Shown: positions 37,341 through 50,145, numbered from the stretch's first letter. The stretch: DNA of 64,000 nucleotides from Octopus bimaculoides (GCF_001194135.2 NC_068982.1:97887009-97951008), one strand, 5' to 3'. The notes: generated from the letters alone by a model not told the origin. Program-made: numbers and translations.

Positions 37341-37950
37341 ATATATATGTGTATGTATTCCATGTGATTTATCATCACGTACATAATTATATGCACTACT
37401 CACACACTTTCACATAAATATGGACGCGTCCACTCATTGTCACACGTATATGCGGTAAAATAAAACAGATTCACACACACAAACACACACACACTCTCTC
37501 TCTCTCTTTCTCTCTCTCATTTTCTCTCTCCTTCTCTTACCCCCTTCCCCACACCGTCTGACACACACACACATGTGCATGTGCATTACACAGAGTCACA
37601 CTGTCCTACACACATATAGTATTACAAATGCGGTGAGTGGCGTCACGCTTCTCCGCATCTTCTTTCTTTATTAATATAATTTATTTTTGTATCCAAAGCA
37701 AAGCAGAGAAAAATTAATTGCTTTCTGAGCCAATATTAAGTTCTAATGGATTGAGTGGTGTTTATCCTTTTCCCTCGTGTATTGTCGATGTTAGAGTATG
37801 TAAAATGGTTGGACACTAGTGGGGAACGAAACTGGGAAGCAGCATCAACACGACGGAGGCTTACCTTTGACCTCACTTCTAGAAAGAGTAGGGACATCAG
37901 CTTTACATCAATGCATACACCACTCCACGCACTACAAGCTAAAACCAAAA

Positions 37951-37951
37951 A

Positions 37952-38000
<49 letters not shown>

Positions 38001-38030
38001 TGTAGTATGCTAGTAGTAGTAGTAGTATGC

Positions 38031-38080
<50 letters not shown>

Positions 38081-38107
38081 ATGGTGGTGGTGGTTGTGGT
38101 GGTGGTG

Positions 38108-38149
<42 letters not shown>

Positions 38150-38316
38150 TGCTGGTAGTAGTAGTAGTAGTAGTGGTGGTGGTGNNNNNNNNNNNNNNNN
38201 NNNNNNNNNNNNNNNNNNNNNNNNNNNNNNNNNNNNNNNNNNNNNNNNNNNNNNNNNNNNNNNNNNNNNNNNNNNNNNNNNNNNNNNNNNNNNNNNNNNN
38301 NNNNNNNNNNNNNNNN

Positions 38317-38360
<44 letters not shown>

Positions 38361-38501
38361 TGTTGTAGTATGCTAGTAGTAGTAGTAGTATGCTGGTAGT
38401 AGTAGTAGTAGTAGTAGTAGTAGTTGTAGTATGCTAGTAGTAGTAGTAGTATGCTGGTAGTAGTAGTAGTAGTGGTGGTGGTGGTGGTGGTTGTGGTGGT
38501 G

Positions 38502-38561
<60 letters not shown>

Positions 38562-38570
38562 ATGACGATG
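37951..38570. repeat. (GTA)n/(GTG)n tract with recurrent GTATGCT interruptions
   Basis: Direct reading. Gap at 38185-38316. Confidence 0.95.
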
Positions 38571-39335
38571 GTGGTCGTACACAGCAGTGTTACTATCCTT
38601 AGAGTTACTATTGCCTTTTCAAGCTTTTTTTAATTTCCTAAATTTCACATCGAAGAAATAGAAAATAATGGAAATGCTAGAATTTCTGCAAGCGTGTATA
38701 CTCATGGTCAGAGTATCTCTTTATTCTGAGTTCTCAGGAGTGATTAGACGGTCCACGCTTGCAAGAAACACCAATACAAATCTTCTGTTTGATAGCGTTA
38801 CCCATGGAGTTTACTGATTTTGACTCTTTTAACTTTATGATTCCCTATCAAAGTTTTTGCTTCTTATTTAACTTTGTCCACTCTCTGCAACCAGATGTAC
38901 TTTGAAGTTGCCGCCTCAAACCACGAGTAATCAACACATTTAGAGGAAACGAAAACCTTGAAAAGTGACATCTACCTGACTCTCTTTTAATTCATAGACT
39001 CTTGTTGAAAACTGGATAAATTTTCTCATGCCCAATTCTGGCAACCCTTACATTCCACCTCCACACTCACGTAACTTAACTTCACCCAGGAAACGTTCAT
39101 ATTTCTTTTACATTCGATGTCATTCAATCTTGCGATCTCTTTTGCATGGCTTAGAAAGACCGAAGGACCGTTGCACTAAGTAAATGACTCTGAGAAGGGA
39201 ATATATTAAATAAAATCATAATTAACAGAGCCTCCTGTATTATCGTTTTTCAAAGCCAGGAACTTTTCAGCATCCCCTCGTGTGTGTGTGTGTGCGTGTG
39301 TGTGTGTGCGCGCGTGTGTGTGCACGTGTGTGTGT

Positions 39336-39372
<37 letters not shown>

Positions 39373-39376
<4 letters not shown>

Positions 39377-39995
39377 GTGCGTAAGATATTTGAGGACAGA
39401 TTTATGTTTATTAAAAAACGAATATATAATAACAGATAATAACGTTATTAATCAAAAAATGTTATGAGGATAAAAATAAACCTTCTTTTCTATAATGTTA
39501 TTCAATAAAGCCACCTTCAGCTTTATCAACTGCTTCTATATGAGATCTAAATCATCTACATGCTTGAATCAAGTAGTCTTGGTTCATTTTGGACATTATT
39601 CTGACTATGGCAGCTTTCAAAGAATCATTGGTGTTATGGGCGTGTTCAATGACCTCTCTCTCAACAATGCTCCACATGTAATAGTCCATTGGACTGAGAA
39701 CTGAGGAATTAGGAGGCCAAATGTTAGGGGTTATGTGATCATAAAAACTTTCAGCCATCCATTCCTGTGTTACTAGAGCCATGTGTGATAGTGCAGAGTC
39801 TTACTGAAACACATATGGCCTTCCATTGCATACACTGTCTATTTAGAGCTTGACAATTATTTCCACGACCTCAATGTAGGCAGCAGAGTTAACTTTAAAG
39901 CCTTGTAGAAAGAAGTAAGGAGGCATCACATGTCCTTCATTGCTGACAACCCCTAAAACCATGACAGTTGCAGGAAATTTTGTATACATAACGCT
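39373..39995 (-). mobile_element. maT (DD37D)-type Tc1/mariner transposase 3' half
   Basis: KFPATVMVLGVVSNEGHVMPPYFF...YVFQ*DSALSH...WPPNSSVLSPMDYYMWSIVER...GGFIE*. Terminal CAGGGTG at about 39373. Stops present. Confidence 0.88.
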
Positions 39996-40009
39996 AGGAA
40001 CTTCAGAAG

Positions 40010-40282
40010 GATTCCCGGACCGGGCTGTGTGTTGTGTTCTTGAGCAAGACACTTTATTCCACGTTGCTCCAGTTAACTCAGCTGTAGAAATGAGTTACGA
40101 CATCACTGGTGCCAAGCTGTATCGGCCTTTGCCTTTCCTTTGGATAACATCGCTGGTGTGGAGACTGATATGCATGGGCGACTTCAGGCCTTCCATAAAC
40201 AACCTTGCCCGGACTTGTACCTCGGAGGGTAACTTTCTATGTGCAATCCTACGGTCATTCATGACCGAAGGGGGTCTCCTCT
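40010..40282 (+). mobile_element. 5'-truncated SINE (B-type box, distinct tail GTCATTCATGACCGAAGGGGGTCT)
   Basis: GATTCCCGGACCGGGCTGTGTGTTGTGTTCTTGAGCAAGACACTTTATT. It abuts the maT fragment. Confidence 0.75.
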
Positions 40283-40289
40283 AGTATGC

Positions 40290-40530
40290 TAGTTTTTGTG
40301 TTTATGTTTGTCATACTACCACCACCACTTGACAACCGGTTTTTGGTTTCTTTACTACATCCCCGTAACCTAGAAGTTTGGTAAAAGAGGCCGATAGAAT
40401 AAAAACCAGGCTTAGGAAAAAAGAAAAGAAAAATGTTGGGGTCGATTTGTTCGATAACCCCTTCAAGGCGGTGCTCCAGCATGGCTGCGGTCTAATAATT
40501 GAAACTACTAAAAGATAAAAGATAAAGACC
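40290..40530 (+). mobile_element. SINE family C 3' half
   Basis: CCACTTGACAACCGG...GGGGTCGATTTGTTCGA..AAGGCGGTGCTCCAGCATGGC..TAAAAGATAAAAGATA. Confidence 0.85.
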
Positions 40531-40711
40531 ATTGCAAAGTTTCAATAACTGCTAGTCGGGTGTGAATTAATTTTCATTCCTTGAAAGGGAAATTCAATCC
40601 AACACTATAGATTGACTGATACAGACGATATGAGTTTCCATTGTAATATAAGCCTCTTGTTAAATTGTTATGGATTGACATTTGTCAATAATATGTTCAT
40701 TATATTTTCAG

Positions 40712-40838
40712 ATCCCGCACAGTCGATTCGCTTAAAGGAGAGGAAGGAGGGAAAATATACAGCATATTGTTTGATGATCGGAGAATAATGAAAACATCTA
40801 AGAATGTGATCGTCATATACGACTTTAACACGAATTAG
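40712..40838 (+). CDS. Terminal exon of the WD40-repeat protein
   Basis: Acceptor ttcattatattttcAG|A, phase 2: SRTVDSLKGEEGGKIYSILFDDRRIMKTSKNVIVIYDFNTN-TAG. FDDRRI...I.IYDF* matches the last-repeat pattern of F-box/WD proteins. AATAAA follows immediately. Confidence 0.8.
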
Positions 40839-40852
40839 AATAAATAAATAAA
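40839..40852 (+). promoter_or_regulatory. Overlapping AATAAA polyadenylation signals
   Basis: AATAAATAAATAAA directly after the stop codon. Confidence 0.45.
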
Positions 40853-41082
40853 TATTGGTACACACATGCGTACAAAGCAAATACATGTATACGTATTGTA
40901 TACACATACATGTATGCATAGACACACATACACACACACAAGCGCGCACACACAAACACGCACACACTAATACGAATATTCATCCATTTGTTTCTAAACA
41001 CAGCATAATTGTCTTTCCTTCTTTACTCCTCATGCATATATGTATTTGTGTTTGGTGTGTGTGTATGAGTGTGTGTATGCGT

Positions 41083-41161
<79 letters not shown>

Positions 41162-41394
41162 CATACACATATGTTTATGTATGTATAATCATAGGGTTAT
41201 ATATTTGCAAAATGCATTTACTAAAAGAATAATAATTTTACGTACAAATAAATTCAATACTGGAAATAAAATAAATTAAGCAAGTTAGCTCAGACCGATT
41301 TGTATCCTCATTGCTCATAGTTTCATATGTAAAAGTAATACTGAGAAATGGTGTTGGATGCTAGGCGCTCTAGTATGGATGATACAGCAAAATA

Positions 41395-41763
41395 TTGTTG
41401 GCACTCCGTCGAGGGTTCCAGTTCATCCGATCAACGGAACAGCCTGCTCGTGAAATTAACGTGCAAGTGGCCGAGCACTCCACAGACACGTGTACCCTTA
41501 ACGTAGTTCTCGGGGATATTCAGCGTGACACAGTGTGACAAGGCTGACCCTTTGAATTACAGGCACAACAGTAACAGGAAGTAAAAGTGAGAGAAAGTTG
41601 TGGTAGAAGAGTACAGCAGGGTTCACCACCATCCCCTGCCGAAGCCAAGTGGAGCTTTAGGTGTTTTCGCTCAATAAACACTCACAACGCCTGGTCTGGG
41701 AACCGAAACGGCGATCCTATGACCGCGAGTCCGCTGCCCTAACCACTAGGCCATTGCGCCTCC
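41395..41763 (-). mobile_element. SINE family D
   Basis: Full copy. GCAAAATAT occurs on both flanks (probable TSD). Confidence 0.92.
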
Positions 41764-41807
41764 ACATGCAAAATATATATACACATATATATATACAAAT
41801 ATACGTG

Positions 41808-42110
41808 AAAGCGCGTGGTTAGTGGTTAGGTTATTCGGCTCACGATTGTAAGGTCGCAAATTCGATTCCCGGCGGCGTGTTGTGTCTTTAAGCAAGACAC
41901 TTTATTTCACTCAGCTACCAAAAATGAGTTGTACCTGTATTTCGAAGGGCCAGCTTTGTCACATTGTGTCACACTGAAACTCCCTGTGAACTATGTTAAG
42001 GGCACATGTGTTTGTGAAGTGCTCAGCGACTTGCACGTTAATTTTACGTGCAGTCCGTTCCGTCGATCGGATCAATTGGAACACTCATCGCTGTAAGCGA
42101 CGGAGTACCA
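41808..42110 (+). mobile_element. SINE with B-type head and D-type tail
   Basis: GAAAGCGCGTGGTTAGTGGTTAGG..AATTCGATTCCC..AAGCAAGACACTTTATT..GTGAACTATGTTAAGGGCAC..GACGGAGTACCA. Confidence 0.85.
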
Positions 42111-42170
42111 GTCATATAAATATACATACATATATGTTTGTGTGTGTATGTGTGTGTGTGTGTGTGTGTT

Positions 42171-42208
<38 letters not shown>

Positions 42209-42715
42209 TGTGTGTGTCGACGTTATTATAATTCGGAAGAACGTGAAATTATTTTTTTCTGTTGTTTGGAATAGTGGATCTCGAAGAACACATAAAGCTA
42301 TATATAACAGCATGTAAATATTAGATTGAAAAACCATTTTAGGGTAGAGAAAGTCGAAGGATGTGTATGGGATACAAAACCACATCTTCTGACTTTTCCT
42401 ATCCCCAAATGGTTTTTCAACCCAATATTTGTGCTTCGAGAGCCACTATTCCAAAGACGAATAATATNNNNNNNNNNNNNNNNNNNNNNNNNNNNNNNNN
42501 NNNNNNNNNNNNNNNNNNNNNNNNNNNNNNNNNNNNNNNNNNNNNNNNNNNNNNNNNNNNNNNNNNNNNNNNNNNNNNNNNNNNNNNNNNNNNNNNNNNN
42601 NNNNNNNNNNNNNNNNNNNNNNNNNNNNNNNNNNNNNNNNNNNNNNNNNNNNNNNNNNNNNNNNNNATATATATATATATATATATAAAGAGAGAAAGGG
42701 ATAGATAGATAGATT

Positions 42716-42747
<32 letters not shown>

Positions 42748-43473
42748 TGTACACAGATACACATATACATATTACATATATATACACACATGCATATATA
42801 TATATTTATATACATATATACATGTCAAAACGTAAATATATGCATATATGAATGTGCACATGTGTGTGCGCGCGCGCACGTCTTTGTATGAATGTGTGTA
42901 TATGTGCGAGTATTTTGTGTGTGCATGTGTTTGTGTGTATGTGTAAGAAGGTAGGGTAGGGGAAGAATAAGAAGGAAACGCAGGGAGTTGTAATGAGAAA
43001 CAAAATGTCATGCTTGAAATCAATACATTAAGTCAGAAGTTAGCAGAAATTATCATTAAAATCCAGCAGAAGACAGAATCACGCTTATTAGTCTTGTTGT
43101 TTGCTTGTATAACAGTACAAATATTTGCTTTTTAGTTTATTTTATTACATTTTTTTCTCTTTCGCCTATCTCTTTATGAATATGTTAAGAACAAACAAAT
43201 TAATTGGATATTGGAAATAATCATTAACAAATTGTTTTTATTTTATCACTGTCTCTAAAGACGAAACATCGACATAGGGGTCTTTTGGGTCAGCGTTTGG
43301 TTCCATGAAGTGGGAAAGCATCTGCAGAGTGGTGTTCAAAGGAAAATAAGGGTAAGTTTTAGAATTAGGAAGGGTGACTTATATTACATGTAGAAAGGCC
43401 CAGAAAGACTAAAGATAACATTTCTACTATACGCATAAAGCATGAAATTTTGGAGGAAGTGGTTAGGTAGGAT

Positions 43474-43708
43474 TACGAGGCGAGGTGTTCAAAAGTCCCT
43501 TGTTTTGGATGAAAGAAAACACATGAGGATCGGTTAATTATGATTTCATTCAACATATTCCCTTCTCGGATTCCATTCTCAGATTCACACATTTATTGCA
43601 GCAATCCTTCAGTTTTTTAAATCCTGTAAAAGAAATTAGAAAGTTGGGTCGCAAACCAGGCTTTTCGCGATACCCTTAAAACCTGAATCTTTTCATTTCC
43701 CACTCGTA
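43474..43708. mobile_element. Mariner-derived MITE (about 235 bp)
   Basis: TA-CGAG..GTGTTCAAAAGT ... TCTTTTCATTTCCCACTCG-TA. A matching end fragment AAAGCCAGGAACTTTTCAGCATCCCCTCG lies at 39252-39281. Confidence 0.7.
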
Positions 43709-43710
43709 CA

Positions 43711-43848
43711 TCGACCGATCATGTATTTTACCAACTTTGACAGACCGGAAGGTAAAGTCGACCTCGGGGAAATTTGAACTCAGAACGTAAAGTTAGAAAC
43801 TAAGTATTTTGTCCAGCGTGCTAAATAATTCAGCCAGCTCGCCGCTTT
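43711..43848 (-). mobile_element. SINE family A, degenerate
   Basis: AAAGTCGACCTCGGGGAAATTTGAACTCAGAACGT...CCAGCTCGCCGC. Confidence 0.8.
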
Positions 43849-44992
43849 CAGAAAGACTACGGTGTATAAAATAACTGGAAGTGAATAATAAAGTCAGTTG
43901 TTATTGTTGAAGAAGCAAAGAGACGGTCGTCACGTGGCTTTGAGTACGAAATTACTTATCTGATGATTTTTCTTCATGGACGTGATCTAAGACGACACAG
44001 TATTGTACGGGAGAACCGTATTGCATAGCAACGTCATCCTTTGTCTTTATAGAGAGTCGATAATTGTTTATAGATAAAATACTCTTGGCTCTGAAGAGAG
44101 AAATGATTATTTCCTGCTTTTGAGTAGTGAAAATTAGACGAAATAGCTGAAAGGAAGAAAACAAATAGTAAAATAATAACAAAACTATTGATATTGGCTT
44201 GAGTTATGATCTAAATTCTATATTGTTTGCCTATTTTCCAACTGACTTATTACTTAATAAAATTTGGACATTGTGTCGCCTTTTCAAAATATGTCTAGAT
44301 TTGCTACATAGGAGACTAAAAGCAGCCACTTTGAACATATCCTTCAGTGAAGATATGACAATTTAGTCTTCTCCAACAATGTTAAGACACAATCCCCATA
44401 CTTATCAAAGAAAACATATCACGTTACCTTACTTAACAACGCACAACTAATTAACAACACATAGAATTCTAAAACCCATTAGATATGTTCGGTCTCACAT
44501 TCTCTGATGACTTTTCATGGGCAGCACCTCATCTATAAGAACCTCCCCAAAACAGTGTCTCAAGCACTAGGTTTTCTGTTGAAGCTCCGAAAAATATTTC
44601 AGCTCTGATTATTGTGTTGCACAACGATCATATGATCGTGGTTTCCATTCCCGAATTAGCAGTGCACGGTGTTCTTGAGCAAACCCACCCTTTTTTCCCC
44701 TGTTTCTCCAGTCAAATAAGCTGTATGTTCCATCAATAGCTAAGAAGTTAACTTGCTTAATAGGGTATGTTGCAATTTCAGTCACTTACATGCCATGAAA
44801 ACCGGATTAAAATACGATCTTATGGGGCTTAGGGCGTGTGACAAACCTAACTCATTGGTTGCCGACACTTTACAAAGAGCAACTAAGGAGGTACGATGTT
44901 AACACCTACCACATAAACTTTACCATTTCGGTAGAACCGCTAAAGGTACAGGGAGCTACTTATTTTCCTGGGAGTAAACAAGTGGAGTAAAC

Positions 44993-45396
44993 AAGTGGTT
45001 TGCAACCATGGTCCAAATGGCCCCTGGGGGTCCACATAAGATTTTAAGAGGTCCATGCAAACAAAATAGAAAATTAGGGATTCTCAGTAGTATTCTAAGG
45101 GTCCATGAAAAACGTTTACTTTAGATGTATTTATTGCAAATAATGACTCGGTTTCTTTCTCTGAAACTTTACTTAGTCCAATATGTTTCCAGCCACTGAA
45201 ACATTTTGTCTCAGAGAGCGTTGTTGCCATCCTACACAAGTGGATGAGTGGAAAACAAAATGAGAATTTTGAAAAAAAGTATCTATAAAGCTACTTATTA
45301 AACACCAAATGGCTATGGGAAGGGGGTCCACCAGAATAAAACAGCGATCAAAGGGACCCGTAAGTAAAAAAAAAAAAAAACAGCTGAGAACCAATG
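44993..45396. mobile_element. hAT-type MITE
   Basis: Ends AAGTGGTTTGCAACC ... GCTGAGAACCAATG, resembling CAGTGGTT.TCAACC TIRs. The 8-bp flanks GAGTAAAC and GCCTAAAC match at 6/8 with a central TA. Confidence 0.7.
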
Positions 45397-46552
45397 GCCT
45401 AAACAATATAAAACCAATACATACGATTGCAGCGAATGCTTGGCTACTACAGATAAGAACATGTAAGCAAAATGATGCAAATGATTACAAAAAAGAAAAA
45501 AAAACTAAATTTATGTGGATTACATATTCAGTAGAGGATTTATATTTTAACACTAGAAAACAATTATACATAACATACGGCTTATCAGTTAATCTCTTGT
45601 TAGATCGAAAACGGTATATCTGGAGGACAACTGTCTCCAAACCACATGACATTCTTTACTGGGTCGAGCAAATAATAGACACATAAATACCATTTCCATA
45701 CTACTACTATCTCTATACCTATTGCCTTTTTTTTTTATCTCGCACTTTCTTTCTTATATTACGCAAATACATACAACACACATACATATATATTTAGAGC
45801 GTGTATATATATATATGAACACACACATATTTATACACACATATATATACGTATGTTTTTCATTTATATATTTATATAAATATCAATGAAATTCCAACTT
45901 AGTCTGATTTTCACATTTTATCATTTACAATTTTTATGCAATTTTGCTGGCTTCTGGAGCCTACCGGCGAGTATTTTGCGGGAGATTTGGCAGGATGGTC
46001 ATTCGCCCGCTGACATTCGTTGACGCTGCATCGAAGAAACCAAAGAACAAAAGAAAAAAGGAGAAAGAAGAAATACACTCAACACCAGAGCTGAACACAG
46101 CTCCGAAAGTGGGGGGGGGCGCCACGTCGAAAACAGTAGAGAAGTAGGGACCAAAACCAGACGTGGTTCCTCCTGATGATGTCTTTAGTCACTGGATCTT
46201 ATAAAGGAGTTGCTGAGCTGTTACAGGAGCGTAAGCAAACCGATGCCAATTGTCAAGCTTAGTGGTGGAAGAGGGTGGAGTACAAACACAAAGAATCGCG
46301 NNNNNNNNNNAAAAAGGAGAAAGAAGAAATACACTCAACACCAGAGCTGAACACAGCTCCGAAAGTGGGGGGGGGCGCCACGTCGAAAACAGTAGAGAAG
46401 TAGGGACCAAAACCAGACGTGGTTCCTCCTGATGATGTCTTTAGTCACTGGATCTTATAAAGGAGTTGCTGAGCTGTTACAGGAGCGTAAGCAAACCGAT
46501 GCCAATTGTCAAGCTTAGTGGTGGAAGAGGGTGGAGTACAAACACAAAGAAT

Positions 46553-46559
<7 letters not shown>

Positions 46560-46605
<46 letters not shown>

Positions 46606-46762
46606 TTGACGAGCTTCCGCACAATTTCTGTCTTCTAAATTCACTTTGGTCGGTCCGGAGCTATAGTACAAGACACTTAACCGAAGTGCCGGGCAGTGAA
46701 ACTGAACTCGAAAAACACATGGTCGCAAAGTGAGCTTTTTAACCACACAGTCATGCCTGCAC
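46560..46762 (-). mobile_element. SINE family C 5' half
   Basis: GGTCGGTCCGGAGCTATAGTACAAGACACTT..TTAACCACACAGTCATGCCT. Confidence 0.75.
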
Positions 46763-47187
46763 CAATATATGAATACTTAAACATCCGCTTATAGATTAAT
46801 ATCCATATTTATTACGAAAATTTCTTTTCGCGTATACACGCATATAAATATAGAGAATAAAGACGGTGAAACACAGAAAAAGAAGCGAGTACTAATCAGA
46901 GAAAACAGAAACTAAGAGAGAGTACACTGAGTATTAAAGTGAGAGAGAGAAAAGACGAGAAAAGCTTTACAAAATGGAGTTTATCTAATTTTTATATATT
47001 TCTAAATAGATGTCGTTAATGCAAACAACAGATCGTTACAAACAATTAATTAATTATTAATATAGACAATAATTAATTAATTAATAACATGATGTCACAT
47101 TTACAAACACCAGTCTACTTTTTAAAATAGATTATGATAGGTCGAGATACTGTATTTATTGCGAGATACTATATTTATTGATAGAGA

Positions 47188-47396
47188 TACTCTTTTACTC
47201 TTTTACTCTTTTACTTGTTTCAGTCATTTGACTGCGACCATGCTGGAGCACCACCTTTAGTCGAGCAAATCGACTCCAGGACTTATTCTTTGGAAGCCTA
47301 GTACTTATTCTATCGGTCTCTTTTGCCGAACCGCTAAGTACGGGGACGTAAACACACCAGCATCGGTTGTCAAGCGATGTTGGGGGGACAAACACA

Positions 47397-47434
<38 letters not shown>

Positions 47435-47655
47435 NNNNNNNNNNNNNNNNNNNNNNNNNNNNNNNNNNNNNNNNNNNNNNNNNNNNNNNNNNNNNNNNNN
47501 NNNNNNNNNNNNNNNNNNNNNNNNNNNNNNNNNNNNNNNNNNNNNNNNNNNNNNNNNNNNNNNNNNNNNNNNNNNNNNNNNNNNNNNNNNNNNNNNNNNN
47601 NNNNNNNNNNNNNNNNNNNNNNNNNNNNNNNNNNNNNNNNNNNNNNNNNNNNNNN

Positions 47656-47692
<37 letters not shown>

Positions 47693-47852
47693 TACGACAG
47701 GCTTTTTTCAGTTTCCGTCTACCAAATCCACTCACAAGGCTTTGGTCGGCCCGAGGCTATAGTAGAAGACACTTGCTCAAGATGCCACGCAGTGGGAATG
47801 AACTCGGAACCATGTGGTTGGTAAGCAAGCTACTTACCACACAGTCACTCCT
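47188..47852 (-). mobile_element. SINE family C, full-length young copy with internal microsatellite and gap
   Basis: Head GGAGTGACTGTGTGGTAAGTAGCTTGCTTACCAACCACATGGTTCCGAGTTCATTCCC, internal (TA)/(TG), tail (AAAAGAGT)n. Confidence 0.93.
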
Positions 47853-48126
47853 GATAAAAGTTTGCACACACACACCGACCCGTGAAGATGTATATCTGTG
47901 TGCGCGCGCGCGTGTTAAAATATAGTTAGAAGAGTTGTTACAATAGAACAGAGTACAGTGTATCGTAGAAATAAGAGAGCAAGGTGTGCAGATAGTCTCT
48001 TACCACTGTTTTCAGAAGAGAGGCACATTAGAGGCATGTGGTGCTTTCTCAGAAGCATTCCATACATTAGCAGACTATGCCATCTTTAGAAAAGGAAGAA
48101 CTGAGGTACATCCTCAGTAGAGTATT

Positions 48127-48880
48127 TTAGAAGTTAGCATTTATTGTATATACCGCAACTCTAACACTGTTTTTATATCTTTCTTCATTGGTGGAGGCTC
48201 TATGTCTTAGTAGTTCGATCTCTGATTTTAGATGGAATAATGCTAACCTTTCCCTAATAGTCCTCTGTCTATCAGGTTCATTTGGCATTGTTTTGATTTG
48301 GAATTTGCGTGGGAGAATGATTGCTGTTGAGTTCATCCATCCCTCGTAGATATCTGCTTTGTTGGAATTTTTTATCATATTCCAGAAAGCGAGTTTTCTA
48401 TTATGGAGGTTTGTGTTCCAGATGTTCTCTATTTTTCTTTTTGTTAGATTGACTTGTGTAAGTATGACGTCCTGGTGTGTTTCATTTGGTGTGCATTGGT
48501 TGTTGTTCGGTTTGCTTGTGAAGACTGACTTTAGTGTCGTGCATAGAGTGTTTAAATCTTTACTAATTTGTTCTTGTTTTAAAATGAATTCGTTGAAAGT
48601 GTCGTGGAGAAGAGGTTGTTGTTCATTGTTGGGTTTGTTAATGAACATTGAGCTGAGGGTTGTGCTTAAAAGTTGTACACCATTACTAACCTGATCAGTG
48701 TAGTGAGTTGTTTCATCACTGTTTTTCCTCTCCCGGGCGAGTAGATTTGAGTCTTCGATTTTGTTATTTAAGGTAATGAGGTGTGAGTTAATATTTTTGA
48801 GTTCTTTAAGTATGTCCTCGTTTGTAATTTTATCTGAAGTATTAGTCTTCTGGAAATAATAAATTAACAGGAATCTTTAT
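48127..48880 (-). other. Uninterrupted ORF of about 245 codons, probably from a mobile element of unresolved family
   Basis: The frame stays open upstream of the track's Met: ...KTNTSDKITNEDILKELKNINSHLITLNNKIEDSN...MFINKPNN...RKLAFWNMIKN...ILPRKFQIK..PNEPDRQRTIRERLALFHLKSEIELLRHR. No domain recognised. It sits among retroelement pieces. Confidence 0.45.
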
Positions 48881-48904
48881 CAACCTTTTGAAACCCCCTT
48901 TCCC

Positions 48905-49340
48905 AATACCACAGATTTGCTTGTCAGTTGTTTGACCTTATCCAGTTGAGCATACCCCTTGGTGACTGACGATATGTGCATCTCTGATCATGAGCAGAAG
49001 TAGTGGGGGAGCATCATAGCCATGTGTTGAGAGGAATTCCTTGGGGTTTGAACAATTCACCTTTGGAATCATGGGTGTTTTGCTCGACATCCTTAAACAA
49101 ACCTTATTCAGGGACCTTTTGAGTGGAATGGGCTACTGAACCTGACGAAAATTCTAACTGGGCCCCACCTGCAAGGTCATGCGCTGTTTATCTTGATATG
49201 AGATCACCATGTCGCGCACATATGGTTGTGATGCTTGTGCCTTGTGTACCCTTATCAGACGGGTAGTCATGATGGGTATACTGGGCTTCGCATATTTGTA
49301 CCCCAGTGTCGCTTTGATGGCATGCATTGCTCTCTCACTC

Positions 49341-49402
<62 letters not shown>
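48905..49402 (+). mobile_element. LINE 3'-UTR-type repeat ending in (AAT)n
   Basis: Ends GCATGCATTGCTCTCTCACTC(AAT)n. A second fragment lies at 24948. Confidence 0.65.
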
Positions 49403-49404
<2 letters not shown>

Positions 49405-50145
49405 GTACTGTCAGCTATAACGTAAACCCCCAAAATGAGAATAGTAATATTAATGATGATGTGGAAAATAGAAGTGACAGTGGTAGTACTTCTAATATAA
49501 AAAATATAGATTGTAGTTCCGGTGCCTATGCGAGCATGGAAATTATTGGTTTGTTTGTTGATGTAGAAGCAGATTTAAATGATACTACGATTGAGTGGGA
49601 GGTAGATAATAACAGACGTGAACATAACATACTTGATAATAGAAATATTAATAGTGAAAATAATAATAATAACATGAATTTTAATAATACTAATATTAAT
49701 AGTAGTATTTCTCCTAGTTGCAATTGTAGAGTTAAATCCCACTGTCCGTTATTAAACCGATGTCTTACCCAGAACGTAATTTATAAATGTACAATAATAA
49801 CTACAACTAGTAATTTTATATATATTGGTTGTTCCATTAATATGAAAAAAATGTCCTGACAATCACATGTCCTCTTTTAAACTTAAACATAAGGCGAATT
49901 GTACGTCATTATCTAGTAAGATTTGGGAACTGAAGGAAAGCAGAATTGGGTTTAGCCTTAAATGGGAAATAATAAGAAAAGTACAGCCTTATAGTAATAG
50001 TAGATATGGGTGTGAGTTGTGCTCTATGGAAACATCTGAAATTTTTAAGCATAAAGATAAGTGCAACCTGATTAATAATATATTAGACCTTAGGGTATCA
50101 TGCGTGCATAGTGTCACCCATACTTTTAAATATTTTCGAAAGTAG
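49405..50145 (+). mobile_element. Penelope-like element GIY-YIG endonuclease region
   Basis: SCNCRVKSHCPLLNRCLTQNVIYKC...FIYIGCS..K [frameshift in A-run at about 49848] NHMSSFK..K..CTSLSSKIWELK...LKWEIIRKVQPYSNSRYGCELCSME. Confidence 0.9.

Noticed and set aside
45944-46147. Lys-rich ORF, possibly a LINE ORF1 remnant
   Set aside because: Too short and lacking a recognisable knuckle. It also overlaps the artefactual duplication.
46055-46556. 246-bp exact tandem duplication (46055-46300 and 46311-46556)
   Set aside because: The copies are identical and separated by a 10-N placeholder gap, the typical signature of unmerged overlapping contigs. It is most likely an assembly artefact.
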